DNA of 64,000 bases from Nitrospirota bacterium (GTDB lineage: Bacteria; Nitrospirota; 9FT-COMBO-42-15; HDB-SIOI813), in NCBI GenBank assembly GCA_016212215.1, contig JACRGV010000005.1:1391-65390 (forward strand). The letters are read 5' to 3'. The stretch's first letter is position 1, and each line of letters starts with the position of its first letter. Positions 8,304 to 18,208 of the stretch are shown one piece after another. The notes beneath the pieces were generated by a model. The model was not told the DNA's origin, did no database searches, and saw only the letters and a list, made by a program, of their open reading frames with translations. The position numbers and the translations under genes are program-made.

Positions 8304-9503
8304 CCCGAACGCTCTATGCAAAGTCCTCACCGCCAACTCAGTATACTTCGCATCTATCACGCAGGAGACTTTTATCTCGGAGGTGCTTATCATCATTATG
8401 TTAATGCCCTCGCCTGCAAGGACTGAAAACATTCTTGCAGCGACGCCGGAGTGGGATTTCATTCCAACACCGACAATAGAAACCTTTGCAATATCCTCTT
8501 TTAACTCATACTCCTTTGCCCCTATCTCTTCTGTGATAGTTTTCATAATCACATTAGTCTTGTTAATATCAGAGCGGGGGACTGTAAAGGATATATCTGT
8601 CAGAGACTCCTGACTGACGTTCTGTATAATCATATCTACATTGATGCTGGCATCTGCCACAGGACCGAATATCTTTGCAGCAATACCCGGCTTATCAGGC
8701 ACACCGACAATTGTTACCTTTGCCTGATTCCTGTCATAAGTAACACCGGAGACAACGACCTTCTCCATATCTTCATCCTCCTCTGTAAGCAATGTACCGC
8801 TTCCATCAACAAACGTGGATACTACGCGGAGCTTTACTCCATGTTTTGCCGCATATTCCACTGACCTGCTCTGCAAAACCTTTGCACCGAGGCTTGCCAG
8901 TTCAAGCATCTCTTCATAAGATATCTTGTCCAATTTCCTTGCATCTGAAACTATATTAGGGTCTGCGGTATAAACCCCATCCACATCCGTATATATATCA
9001 CACAGGTCAGCCTTAATAGCCGCTGCAATCGCAACAGCAGTAAGGTCTGAGCCGCCTCTTCCCAAAGTTGTAACATCTGATGCCTCGCTTATCCCCTGAA
9101 AACCTGCTATTACAGGGATTACACCATGCTTAAGCGCCTCGTGTACACGTTCGCCGCTGACACGCTCTATCCTTGCCTTTGTATGAACACTGTCTGTAAC
9201 AATACCCACCTGGCGGCCTGTAAATGCCTTGGCAGGATACCCTATACTGTTTAAGGCAATCGCAAGAAGTGCTATCGTTACGCGCTCTCCTGATGAAAGG
9301 AGTACATCCATCTCTCTATCAGACGGCGTACCTGTTATCTGGTGGGCAAGGGATACCAGCCTGTCGGTCTCACCGCTCATCGCAGAGACAACCACCACAA
9401 CATCATGCCCTTCATTGCGTGTCCTCGCAACCTTATGAGCAACATTCCTTATCCGCTCAACACTCCCAACCGACGTCCCGCCATATTTCTGTACAATCAA
9501 CAT
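8286..9503 (-). CDS. lysC: Aspartate kinase.
   Basis: [18 protein letters not shown]... kinase N-terminus and two C-terminal ACT domains. Confidence 0.9.
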   Translation of the reverse strand: MLIVQKYGGTSVGSVERIRNVAHKVARTRNEGHDVVVVVSAMSGETDRLVSLAHQITGTPSDREMDVLLSSGERVTIALLAIALNSIGYPAKAFTGRQVGIVTDSVHTKARIERVSGERVHEALKHGVIPVIAGFQGISEASDVTTLGRGGSDLTAVAIAAAIKADLCDIYTDVDGVYTADPNIVSDARKLDKISYEEMLELASLGAKVLQSRSVEYAAKHGVKLRVVSTFVDGSGTLLTEEDEDMEKVVVSGVTYDRNQAKVTIVGVPDKPGIAAKIFGPVADASINVDMIIQNVSQESLTDISFTVPRSDINKTNVIMKTITEEIGAKEYELKEDIAKVSIVGVGMKSHSGVAARMFSVLAGEGINIMMISTSEIKVSCVIDAKYTELAVRTLHRAFGLEGRS

Positions 9504-9555
9504 ATAGAAAAGAATCCTCCATGAACACCCACAATATCTTCATATCGCCCACTAT

Positions 9556-9987
9556 TTATAAACTATGGTTCTTAAGATTTTTCTGCGAGTAACTACTTTC
9601 CCCTCCCTTGATGGGAGGGGTTAGGGGAGGGTGATTCAAACAATTCTCCCTAATAACTTCTAATACTCCCTCTATGTTTACTAACACTTCATTATTCCAA
9701 AATCTTAAAACCTTAAACCCCTGTGAGCTAAACCATTCGTCTCTTTCCTTATCTTTGTCTATTTCTATTGAATGCTGTCCCCCGTCAACTTCTATTATTA
9801 TTTGTTTTTCATAACAAACAAAATCTACAACATACTTACCAATAGGCTCCTGCCTTCTGAATTTATATCCTTCTAACTGCTTTGCTCTTAAATATTTCCA
9901 TAATACATTTTCTGTATCAGTTAATCTCTTTCTAAGAGTTTTAGCTATATTATTTATTTTGTTCTTAAATGTCGTAGGCACCCCCAC
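9556..9987 (-). CDS. DUF559-family protein (Vsr-like endonuclease fold), flanked on both sides by GC-hairpin repeats.
   Basis: ...YVVDFVCYEKQIIIEVDGGQHS...RDEWFSSQGFKVLRFWNNEV is the DUF559 core. The C-terminal HPPLTPPIKGGES is read from repeat copy 9598-9633. Confidence 0.6.
   Translation of the reverse strand: MGVPTTFKNKINNIAKTLRKRLTDTENVLWKYLRAKQLEGYKFRRQEPIGKYVVDFVCYEKQIIIEVDGGQHSIEIDKDKERDEWFSSQGFKVLRFWNNEVLVNIEGVLEVIRENCLNHPPLTPPIKGGESSYSQKNLKNHSL
9598..9633. repeat. GC-hairpin repeat copy.
   Basis: ccctcccttgatgggaggggttaggggaggg. Confidence 0.75.
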
Positions 9988-10017
9988 CCTACCCCTCCCC
10001 CATCAAGGGGGAGGGAA
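9980..10017. repeat. GC-hairpin repeat copy.
   Basis: cacccccaccctacccctcccccatcaagggggagggaat. Confidence 0.8.
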
Positions 10018-10320
10018 TCTAATAAACATAGTTATTAATCCACCACTTTTGGATGAACTCTTTCGTCATATAATGAAACTCTCCCATCCTCATGGAGAAA
10101 AAGAAAAGGCTCTATTGACCACCACCGACGCGCTGGTGGAAGGTTTACTACAGAGGCCATTAATGCCTGCCATATCCTGTTGTCCTTCCATAAACCCATT
10201 GGCCTCACCCGACTGAATAGCTCAGAGAAAGATATTATCTCTCCATGTAAAATAGCTTTCCGAATTGCTTCAGGGCAAGACTCCCCCTTAATCCCTTTTC
10301 CCATCTTTTTCTCCTTTCCT

Positions 10321-10383
10321 TTGTCTTCTCCTATCTTGCTTCTTACTTCTGACTTCTTGCTTCTACCTTCTGCTCACTGCTGC
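10321..10383. repeat. Heptanucleotide tandem array.
   Basis: cttgcttcttacttctgacttcttgcttctaccttctgctcactgc. Confidence 0.7.
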
Positions 10384-11606
10384 CTGTCTAAAAACCTCTC
10401 AATCAGCCTCGTCCCATTCTCTACAAAGACCCCGCTGTCAGCCGCATTAAACTCATCATAAGGTCTGTCAGACTTCTCTGTCTCACTGCTGTCATAAAGG
10501 ATAAATGGTATAGGCTCCGGTGAGTGGGTCTTTAAGGCAACAGGGGTCTTATGGTCACACAGTATCAGTATCTTGAAATCACCCTTGCCCTTCATACCTT
10601 CTAAAATCGTCCCGACAACCTTGTCATCAATCTCTTCGATTGCCTTTACCTTGCCGTTGATGTCTCCATTATGTCCGGCCTCATCCGGGGCCTCAACGTG
10701 TATGAATATCATGTCCTTATTTTTATCAAACAGCTCTTTCAGTGCATACTCACCTTTTCCCTTATAGTTTGTATCAATGTAACCTGTTGCCCCGGGGACA
10801 TGTATAATGTCAAACCCAGCATATTTACCTATACCGTTTGTCAGGTCCACTGCTGAAATCATTGAGCCGTTCAGTCCATACTTTACATGAAATGTCTCTA
10901 ACCGAGGTGCCTTGCCCTGCCCCCAGAACCATATCCCGTTTGCAATCTTATCCCCTCTCTCCTTACGCCGGATATTAACTGGGTGGTACTGCAAAATACC
11001 AAGTGCCTTATTCATAATCTCCATCAGGACATCAACCCCGTCACCTGTTGGAAGATAACCCTGAACAGCCTTATCAGTAATATCATGCGGCGGTGTACAC
11101 ATCATCCCAGCCTTACCGTTCTTCCACACGAACAGATGACGGTAACTAACACCGGGGTAAAATTTGAAAGTGTCATTCCCAAGATTTTCATCGAGGAACA
11201 ATAACAATTCTCTTGACTCATCAGTAGTAATGTGTCCGGCACTGAAATCCGCCATAATCACATCATCCGACAGCCTGTCATTAATATACTTCCCGTTCCT
11301 TGTAAGGCTGACCGTATTGCACCTGAATGCAACATCATCCTTCCCCAGAGTTACGCCCATACTTGATGCCTCAAGAGGAGACCTTCCGGTGTAACACTCA
11401 GCAGGGTCATAACCAAGAAGACTCATCTGTGTAACATCACTGCCTGGATAAAACCCATCAGGGGTAAGCTTCACAAGCCCAAGGACTCCCTTTCTTGAAA
11501 GAGAATCCATGTTAGGTATCCTTGCCGCCTGTAAAGGCGTCTTCCCACCCAACTGCTCTACAGGATTATCCCCCATCCCGTCACCGACTAAGATAATATA
11601 TTTCAT
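10374..11606 (-). CDS. apgM: 2,3-bisphosphoglycerate-independent phosphoglycerate mutase, archaeal-type (ApgM).
   Basis: MKYIILVGDGMGD...LQAARIPNMDSL... matches the ApgM family signature; the length is about 410 aa. Confidence 0.85.
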   Translation of the reverse strand: MKYIILVGDGMGDNPVEQLGGKTPLQAARIPNMDSLSRKGVLGLVKLTPDGFYPGSDVTQMSLLGYDPAECYTGRSPLEASSMGVTLGKDDVAFRCNTVSLTRNGKYINDRLSDDVIMADFSAGHITTDESRELLLFLDENLGNDTFKFYPGVSYRHLFVWKNGKAGMMCTPPHDITDKAVQGYLPTGDGVDVLMEIMNKALGILQYHPVNIRRKERGDKIANGIWFWGQGKAPRLETFHVKYGLNGSMISAVDLTNGIGKYAGFDIIHVPGATGYIDTNYKGKGEYALKELFDKNKDMIFIHVEAPDEAGHNGDINGKVKAIEEIDDKVVGTILEGMKGKGDFKILILCDHKTPVALKTHSPEPIPFILYDSSETEKSDRPYDEFNAADSGVFVENGTRLIERFLDRQQ

Positions 11607-11627
11607 AGTTTCCTTCCCTCTATCATT

Positions 11628-11696
11628 TTTCCTTCTTTCTTCTTACATCTTACATCTTACATCTTGCTTCTTACTTCTTACTTCTAACTTCTTCCC
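11628..11696. repeat. Heptanucleotide tandem array.
   Basis: tcttacatcttacatcttacatcttgcttcttacttcttacttctaacttctt. Confidence 0.8.
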
Positions 11697-11713
11697 CTAT
11701 CTCTTCAATTTAA

Positions 11714-12769
11714 TTAATACCCCAGCACCCTCAACACCTCCCCCTTTTCAGCCTTCACTGTTACAGGCTTTTTGGAAAGGTTAATCGCCATCTCTGTATC
11801 TTTAAGGCCATGACCGGTCAGTGTGCAGACAACCCTGTCGCCTTTGGAAAATATGCCCTCTTTATTTTTCTTTATAACACCGGCAATGGATGCGGCGGAG
11901 GCGGCCTCGCAGAATACTCCCTCGTGTGAGGCAAGCATCTTGTATGCCTCAAGGATCTCCTCGTCCGTAACCATATTAATCTCACCCTTTGATTCAGATG
12001 CAGCGGTTACTGCTGTCTTCCAACTGGCAGGATTACCTATCCTGATGGCAGTTGCAATTGTTGAAGGATTTTCCACAACATGGCCAAGCACTATTGGTGC
12101 GGCTCCTGCGGCCTGAAAACCCATCATCTTTGGGAGACCTGAAATCTTCCCCCTTTTATAAAACTCTTTATAACCCATCCAGTAAGCGCTTATATTTCCT
12201 GCATTCCCCACCGGCAGAAAGTGATAATCAGGATACCCGTTAATCTGGTCACACACCTCAAACGCAGCCGACATCTGCCCTTCAAGTCTGTAAGGATTTA
12301 TGGAGTTTACCATTGTAACAGGATATTCAGATGAGATACTCTTTACAATGGTTAAAGCCTCATCAAAATTGCCGTCTACCTGAATAACCACTGCATGATG
12401 AATCATGGCCTGTGCCAGCTTTCCCATAGCTATCTTGCCTTCAGGGATAAGGACAAATACCTTAAGTCCTGCACGTGCACCATACGCAGCGGCAGATGCC
12501 GAGGTATTCCCTGTTGATGCACAGATAACAGCATTCGCCCCTGCCTCCACGGCCTTTGATATTGCCATCGTCATACCCCGGTCTTTAAAAGAACCGGTTG
12601 GATTTGCCCCTTCAAATTTCAGAAAAAGCTCTATATCAGGATTAATCGCCCTTACAAGATTATTGCACGCAATAAATGGTGTATTACCTTCATTCAAGGT
12701 TATAACAGGTGTTTTATCTGTTACTGAAAGATACTCCCTGTACTGCTCAATCACTCCACGCCAGCGCAT
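11714..12769 (-). CDS. thrC: Threonine synthase.
   Basis: PLP-lysine motif FEGANPTGSFKDRGMT; the N-terminus MRWRGVIEQYREYLSVTDKTPVITLNEGNTP is typical. Confidence 0.9.
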   Translation of the reverse strand: MRWRGVIEQYREYLSVTDKTPVITLNEGNTPFIACNNLVRAINPDIELFLKFEGANPTGSFKDRGMTMAISKAVEAGANAVICASTGNTSASAAAYGARAGLKVFVLIPEGKIAMGKLAQAMIHHAVVIQVDGNFDEALTIVKSISSEYPVTMVNSINPYRLEGQMSAAFEVCDQINGYPDYHFLPVGNAGNISAYWMGYKEFYKRGKISGLPKMMGFQAAGAAPIVLGHVVENPSTIATAIRIGNPASWKTAVTAASESKGEINMVTDEEILEAYKMLASHEGVFCEAASAASIAGVIKKNKEGIFSKGDRVVCTLTGHGLKDTEMAINLSKKPVTVKAEKGEVLRVLGY

Positions 12770-12816
12770 AATGTTCCTTTCTTAATCTTAATCTCATTCT
12801 TCTTTTATTAAATTAC

Positions 12817-14124
12817 CTATTGTCCTTCTTCCACCCTTATCATCACTGTTTTATTTGCAATAAAATGAAGCCCGCTTATCTCTTTTAGTGCGTCCTTTAC
12901 ATTCCTCTCCACAGCCTCATGTGTCAGCATAACCAGCGGGACTTCACCGCCCTCTTTTCTACCCTTCTGTATTACCGAGGCTATGCTTATCTTATGGTCA
13001 CCAAGTATACCGGCTATCTTTGAGAGCACACCGGGCATGTCAATAACTGTAAACCGGAAATAGTACATTGACACAATATCATCAATACTCATTATATTCA
13101 GCGGCATCCTGTATTCTTCTTTAAAAGAGGCCGGGGGAATCCTTCCGCAGCAGTTGTTCAGGATATTCCTCGCCACATCAATTATGTCACCAGCAACAGC
13201 ACTGCCGGTTGGTAGACTTCCCGCCCCCCTTCCATAAAACAAGATATGTCCTACTGCATCTCCGGTTACATAGACTGCATTAAATGCCCCGTCTACTGTT
13301 GAGATCAGATGACTGCATGGGACAAAAGTCGGATGTACCCGTGCCTCTATCCTGCCGTCTTTCATTTTTGATATTGCAAGCAGCTTTACCCTGTATTTTA
13401 ATTCTTCAGCATATTCAATATCAAGCGGCTGAATACCGGATATACCCTCTGTATAAACATCTTTAAGATTCACCGGCGTACCGAAGGCGATATTTACAAG
13501 GATAGAGAGTTTATGTGCCGCATCAATACCCTCTACATCATAAGTAGGGTCAGCCTCTGCATATCCAAGCCCCTGTGCATCTTTAAGGGCATCCTTAAAC
13601 TCCTTCCCCTCCTGAGTCATCTTAGTCATTATAAAATTTGACGTACCATTAACAATACCGTACATACTCTCAATCCTGTTCGCAGACAGCCCTTCTCTAA
13701 GTGCCTTGATAATCGGTATACCGCCGCATACACTAGCCTCATAATATAAATCCACACCCTTTTGTGAGGCAGCACGGTACAGGTCATCACCGCTTAATGA
13801 CAGGAGCGCCTTGTTTGCAGTTACAATATGCTTCCCATTCTCAATAGCCCGCAGGGTAAAACTCTTTGCAGGCTCGACCCCGCCCATCAACTCAACCACT
13901 ATGTCTACATCAGGATTATCAATAACCTCTGTTGCATCTGAGCCTACAACAGCAGGATTAAGCCCCTCAGGCAGAGGTCTGGAAGTATCCTTTGTGACTG
14001 CCCTAACAATCTCCAAAGGAACACCTATCCGTCTCTTAATAATATCCGCATTCCTAAGCAGTATCTCAATAACGCCGGAACCAACGGTGCCGATGCCGAT
14101 AATGCCGATGCCGATTTTAGATTT
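12817..14124 (-). CDS. hom: Homoserine dehydrogenase with a C-terminal ACT domain.
   Basis: MKSKIGIGIIGIGTVGSGV Rossmann N-terminus. The track ORF extends 10 codons further (MGVSYGVLC), but those codons are read from a repeat copy, so I called the internal ATG at 14124 as the start. Confidence 0.85.
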   Translation of the reverse strand, partial: KSKIGIGIIGIGTVGSGVIEILLRNADIIKRRIGVPLEIVRAVTKDTSRPLPEGLNPAVVGSDATEVIDNPDVDIVVELMGGVEPAKSFTLRAIENGKHIVTANKALLSLSGDDLYRAASQKGVDLYYEASVCGGIPIIKALREGLSANRIESMYGIVNGTSNFIMTKMTQEGKEFKDALKDAQGLGYAEADPTYDVEGIDAAHKLSILVNIAFGTPVNLKDVYTEGISGIQPLDIEYAEELKYRVKLLAISKMKDGRIEARVHPTFVPCSHLISTVDGAFNAVYVTGDAVGHILFYGRGAGSLPTGSAVAGDIIDVARNILNNCCGRIPPASFKEEYRMPLNIMSIDDIVSMYYFRFTVIDMPGVLSKIAGILGDHKISIASVIQKGRKEGGEVPLVMLTHEAVERNVKDALKEISGLHFIANKTVMIRVEEGQ

Positions 14125-14140
14125 CATGCAAAGAACCCCA

Positions 14141-14220
14141 TAGCTCACCCCCACCCTGACCCTCCCCCCTCAAGGGGGAGGGAAACTTAGTTCCCTCTCC
14201 CTGAGAGAGAGGGAACTCCC
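14141..14220. repeat. GC-hairpin repeat, long form (atagctcacccccaccctgaccctcccccctcaagggggagggaaa, plus a second hairpin ccctctccctgagagagagggaa).
   Basis: The same about 50-bp unit recurs at 46533, 48141 and 45283. Confidence 0.85.
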
Positions 14221-14227
14221 ATCTGTA

Positions 14228-14268
14228 ATCTTACTTCTTGCATCTTTCTTCTTACATCTGCTCAACAC
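14228..14268. repeat. Heptanucleotide tandem array (short).
   Basis: cttacttcttgcatctttcttcttacatctgc. Confidence 0.6.
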
Positions 14269-15441
14269 TTACCTCTGCAATACCTTCTTAATCCCCTTAA
14301 CCGCCTGCCTTATCCTTCGTTCATTCTCCACAAGGGCAAACCTTACGTGGTCATCTCCATACTCTCCAAATCCCACTCCGGGAGATACGGCGACCTTTGC
14401 TTCTGTAAGAAGGAGTTTTGAAAACTCAAGAGAGCCGAGTGCCCTGAATTGCTCTGGTATCTTTGCCCAGACAAACATTGTCCCAAGGGGTTTTTTGATC
14501 TCCCACCCTATCCTCGCAAGACCGTTTATAAGTGCATCTCGTCTTTTTCTGTATATTTCAACTGTCTCCTGAACACATTCCTGAGGACCATTCAAGGCGA
14601 GGATGGCGGCAATCTGTATCGGCTGGAAAACCCCGTAGTCAAGATAGCTCTTTATCTTTATTAATGCCCCGACCATATCTTTATTACCTACACAAAATCC
14701 GACCCTCCAGCCCGGCATATTATAGCTCTTGGACACAGAATAAAACTCAACACCAACATCCTTTGCACCGGGAACCTGCAGGAAACTCGGTGCCTCGTAC
14801 CCATCAAATACAAGGTCTGCGTAAGACAAGTCATGAATAACCATCAGGTCATTATCCTGAGCAAAGTCAACCACCTGCTTAAAAAAACTGATGTCTACAA
14901 CTGCTGTTGTGGGGTTATGTGGAAATGAAATGATGAGCATCTTAGGCCTAGGCCATATCTGTTTATAGGCATTGCACATGTCCTCAAAAAAATCAGAATC
15001 ATCACGAAGAGGGATACTCTTTATCTCACCACCAACTATTATCACGCTGTATGGGTGTATCGGATAAGTCGGATTCGGGGCAAGAACAACATCCCCCGGA
15101 TTTATCGTAGCAAGGGCAAGATGTGATAAACCCTCTTTAGCCCCGATAGTAACAACCGCCTCTGTCTCAGGGTCGAGATCAACATTGTATCTTTTCTTAT
15201 ACCTGTCAACTATGGCAGTCCTGAGCTTTGTAATACCTTTAGATGCCGAGTAACGGTGATTCTTAGGATTCCTTGCGGCCTCAATAAGCTTATCAACAAC
15301 ATGAGGAGGACTACCCATATCAGGATTCCCCATCCCCATATCAATTATGTCCTCCCCCCTCTTCCTCGCCTCTATCTTCATAGAGGTAACAATACTGAAC
15401 ACATAAGGCGGCAGCCTCTGAATCCTGCTGAAATCTCTCAT
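14269..15441 (-). CDS. PLP-dependent aminotransferase, class I/II (alanine/aspartate aminotransferase family).
   Basis: [18 protein letters not shown]...; the PLP-lysine region reads [13 protein letters not shown]. Confidence 0.8.
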   Translation of the reverse strand: MRDFSRIQRLPPYVFSIVTSMKIEARKRGEDIIDMGMGNPDMGSPPHVVDKLIEAARNPKNHRYSASKGITKLRTAIVDRYKKRYNVDLDPETEAVVTIGAKEGLSHLALATINPGDVVLAPNPTYPIHPYSVIIVGGEIKSIPLRDDSDFFEDMCNAYKQIWPRPKMLIISFPHNPTTAVVDISFFKQVVDFAQDNDLMVIHDLSYADLVFDGYEAPSFLQVPGAKDVGVEFYSVSKSYNMPGWRVGFCVGNKDMVGALIKIKSYLDYGVFQPIQIAAILALNGPQECVQETVEIYRKRRDALINGLARIGWEIKKPLGTMFVWAKIPEQFRALGSLEFSKLLLTEAKVAVSPGVGFGEYGDDHVRFALVENERRIRQAVKGIKKVLQR

Positions 15442-15473
15442 AATATTTCTTTACAAATCCTTTCTATTTTCAT

Positions 15474-15523
15474 CCCCTCACCCTTACCCTCTCCCCTGAG
15501 GGGAGAGGGTAAGGGTGAGGGGG
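15474..15523. repeat. GC-hairpin repeat: a perfect 50-bp palindrome (cccctcacccttaccctctcccc-TGA-ggggagagggtaagggtgagggg).
   Basis: Perfect inverted repeat read directly, 30 bp upstream of the aminotransferase start. Confidence 0.85.
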
Positions 15524-15888
15524 TAAACATAATCTAAGTAGTGAGATAATAAAGATTTTACCTGTTATTGTCAAACAGAAAATCACTTGATTTTGTTACT
15601 ACGGAGTCATTAATTTTACAAGGACAAAATTTGAGGCTTCCTTTCGTAACCTTTTACAATTTTTTTCAAACCCGTAAGGGGAAAGTTGTAACAGTATGTT
15701 TAAAAGTTCGTGCAGATGTTTCTGATTTTGTGTAATCATTTCCGATAAATCAACAACATCTTCATTGGGTTGTTTTTATAAAAAAGTGCTTGAAAATAAT
15801 AGTTCAATTATGTTATTTTTTCTACCTGTAAATTTTCCTTATTATAATTATAATCTAAACAACTGATAGACAAGTCAGGGGGGAGCTA

Positions 15889-16254
15889 TTGACACGGATA
15901 TTACAGTATTATATTGACCGACATGCGATCAGGACGATTAAGCAGTTCAACAATAAAGTAAGGCGCTTTGTATTGTGTGTCTTTAAACAGAAATATGTGG
16001 AACAGCTTGAGAAGACAAGATTCGGGGATTGTTTTCAATGCGGAAAGTGTTGCAGTCTATTGTACAAGTGTCCTTTCCTTGAGGGGCCTGAAGGGAATAC
16101 AAGATGCACTATATATGATAAAGGAAGGCCAAAACAGTGTGCAGCGTTCCCGATTGATTACAAGGACCTTCATGATGTAGATTATTTATGCGGATATTTC
16201 TTTAGTGAAGAGGTGGAGAAATTAGGTAAGCTCAAAACGCAGAAGCTGTTGTAA
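15889..16254 (+). CDS. YkgJ-family (CxxCxxCC) putative zinc/iron-chelating protein.
   Basis: CFQCGKCCSLLYKCPF...C...C, the Pfam CxxCxxCC-type motif. One of the few plus-strand genes in the window. Confidence 0.55.
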   Translation: MTRILQYYIDRHAIRTIKQFNNKVRRFVLCVFKQKYVEQLEKTRFGDCFQCGKCCSLLYKCPFLEGPEGNTRCTIYDKGRPKQCAAFPIDYKDLHDVDYLCGYFFSEEVEKLGKLKTQKLL

Positions 16255-17490
16255 TACATACTCTCTTATTTCACGGGCAGAGGGTCTGCTGCCCGTTATC
16301 TTACCATTTTCTACAAAAGGCAACAGGATATCGCTGTTTCTGCCGCCGCAATTACAACAAGACAATATAGTATTCTCTTGCGTTTGATCGGAAAACTCCC
16401 GTTGCTCACCCCCACCCTTACCCTCCCCCGTCAATGGGGAGGGAAATTTCGTTGTCTTTAGTTCCATTAAGGGATTAAGAGGTACAATTTCTGATTTATA
16501 ACAGGTATCACACCTCATAACCCTTTTAGAACCTGACATCTTTCCCCGTTTGGCAAGAGGCTTTCCCTCCACTTCCATTATGTCCATTGCAAAATCTATC
16601 ACCTTTGCACTGCTTATCGAAGTCCCAACACCATAAGCATCCACAAAGGGATTTAATTCCGGTATCTTATACTCATCCAGTCCGCCGCTCACATAAAGTT
16701 TCACATGCTTATAACCCCTCAGATCAAGCTCCCACCTTACCTCCTGAAGTATCCTGGGGAAATTACCCCTCCTGCTTGCAGGTGTATCAAGCCTGACACC
16801 ATAGAGTTTATCACCCATTGCCTCAGCAACGGAAAGCACCTCGAACTTTTCATCTCCAAACGTATCCACCAATGCAACCCTTTTTACATGCGGTTCAACG
16901 ACCTCATGGAATGCCTTAGTTGCATCAACAGAATTCCCCATTAATATAATCAGTGCATGAGGCATAGTCCCCATAGGGTCTTCACCGATCATCTCACCGC
17001 TCATCACAACTGCAACACCATCACAACCGCCTATAAAGGCGCTCCGCTCTACCATAGGGGCTATTGCCGGATGCATCCTCCTTGCACCGAAACTTATTAC
17101 ACCTCTACCCTCTGCTGCCTTTTTGCATCTTGCCGCCTTTGTTGCAATACCTGATGCCTGACATAATAAACCGAGTATTGCAGTCTCATAAATACCAAAA
17201 TCCGTATACATACCTTCAATCTCAAGTACCGGTTCATAAGGTCTGAAGAAAGTTCCCTCAGGCATCGAACGGACATTCACTTTCATTCCTTCGAACAGAT
17301 TAAGACATTCATCCAGCCCTGCAAACACGCCCCATTCCCATGTATCAGGAAGGTTTTTGGCAATAAACTCTGCCTTTACCCATTTATCAATACCTTTAGC
17401 CTTTAATATCTTTATTGTCCTGGTAAAATATACATCCGTAATCCTGCCTGCCTTAATATCATCAAAGTCAGCAGTGTATAGTTTAGGCAT
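16222..17490 (-). CDS. pncB: Nicotinate phosphoribosyltransferase, with a C-terminal zinc ribbon interrupted by an in-frame repeat insertion.
   Basis: MPKLYTADFDDIKAGRITDVYF... NAPRTase core. C-terminal RCDTC...[TTKFPSPLTGEGKGGGEQ, repeat-encoded]...CCNCGG. Confidence 0.85.
   Translation of the reverse strand: MPKLYTADFDDIKAGRITDVYFTRTIKILKAKGIDKWVKAEFIAKNLPDTWEWGVFAGLDECLNLFEGMKVNVRSMPEGTFFRPYEPVLEIEGMYTDFGIYETAILGLLCQASGIATKAARCKKAAEGRGVISFGARRMHPAIAPMVERSAFIGGCDGVAVVMSGEMIGEDPMGTMPHALIILMGNSVDATKAFHEVVEPHVKRVALVDTFGDEKFEVLSVAEAMGDKLYGVRLDTPASRRGNFPRILQEVRWELDLRGYKHVKLYVSGGLDEYKIPELNPFVDAYGVGTSISSAKVIDFAMDIMEVEGKPLAKRGKMSGSKRVMRCDTCYKSEIVPLNPLMELKTTKFPSPLTGEGKGGGEQREFSDQTQENTILSCCNCGGRNSDILLPFVENGKITGSRPSAREIREYVLQQLLRFELT
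16404..16448. repeat. GC-hairpin repeat copy inside the pncB coding region.
   Basis: gctcacccccacccttaccctcccccgtcaatggggagggaaa. Confidence 0.8.
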
Positions 17491-17535
17491 CGCCCACCCC
17501 CACCCTACCCCTCCCCCCTCAAGGGGGAGGGAATT
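17491..17535. repeat. GC-hairpin repeat copy.
   Basis: cgcccacccccaccctacccctcccccctcaagggggagggaa. Confidence 0.8.
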
Positions 17536-17546
17536 TTAGTGATTCA

Positions 17547-18131
17547 CTAATCACCAATGTCGCCCAGTTTTATTCTTATCGCCCCTGCTGACAACATTTC
17601 TTTGATTGCTTTATCACTATCACCGGCCTTAACATCTACACCTCGTGAAGCATCCTCAAGAAATACAGTCTGAAAGCCTTCTTTTATGGCATCCAGTACT
17701 GTACTTTTCACACAATAGTCTGTTGCCAGCCCGCCGATAAACAGGCGGTCTATATGTCTTTGTTTAAGATATTCAGAAAGGTTGGTATCCTCAAAACCTG
17801 AGTAAGCATCTTTATCTGACAGCGTTCCCTTTGAAATTATTACTGCATTTGTAGGAATTAGAAGTCCATGATGAAACTCCGCCCCATTAGAATCCTGGAT
17901 ACAATGGGGCGGCCATGTCCCGCCATAAGCATTAAATGATATATGATTCTCAGGATGCCAGTCCCTTGTAAGAAATACCGGTAAACCTCTTTCAATAAAC
18001 TTTTTTGTATAGGAATTAAGAACAGCCACGACCTTATCCCCTTCCGACACAGGCAAAGCCCCGCCTGGACAGAAGTCATTCTGTACATCAACGATAATTA
18101 ATGCAGTGTTGTTGGTAATGAGGATATTCAT
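17547..18131 (-). CDS. pncA: Nicotinamidase/pyrazinamidase (isochorismatase family).
   Basis: ALIIVDVQNDFCPGGAL...catalytic Cys in GGLATDYCVKS; adjacent to pncB. Confidence 0.8.
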   Translation of the reverse strand: MNILITNNTALIIVDVQNDFCPGGALPVSEGDKVVAVLNSYTKKFIERGLPVFLTRDWHPENHISFNAYGGTWPPHCIQDSNGAEFHHGLLIPTNAVIISKGTLSDKDAYSGFEDTNLSEYLKQRHIDRLFIGGLATDYCVKSTVLDAIKEGFQTVFLEDASRGVDVKAGDSDKAIKEMLSAGAIRIKLGDIGD

Positions 18132-18143
18132 TGTTCATCCGTT

Positions 18144-18208
18144 ATCTTACTTCTTAATTCTTGCCTCTTGCTTCTACCTTCTACCTTCAGCCTTACTACC
18201 TCTTACCT
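18144..18208. repeat. Heptanucleotide tandem array.
   Basis: cttacttcttaattcttgcctcttgcttctaccttctaccttcagccttactacctcttacc. Confidence 0.75.

Noticed and set aside
10035-10304. 89-aa minus-strand ORF between the DUF559 gene and apgM.
   Set aside because: Its N-terminus is read from a GC-hairpin repeat fragment and it has no recognisable motif. Possibly a gene remnant; not called.
12405-12785. Plus-strand ORFs of 126 aa (and 13811-14143, 110 aa).
   Set aside because: Antisense to thrC and hom respectively; no motifs.
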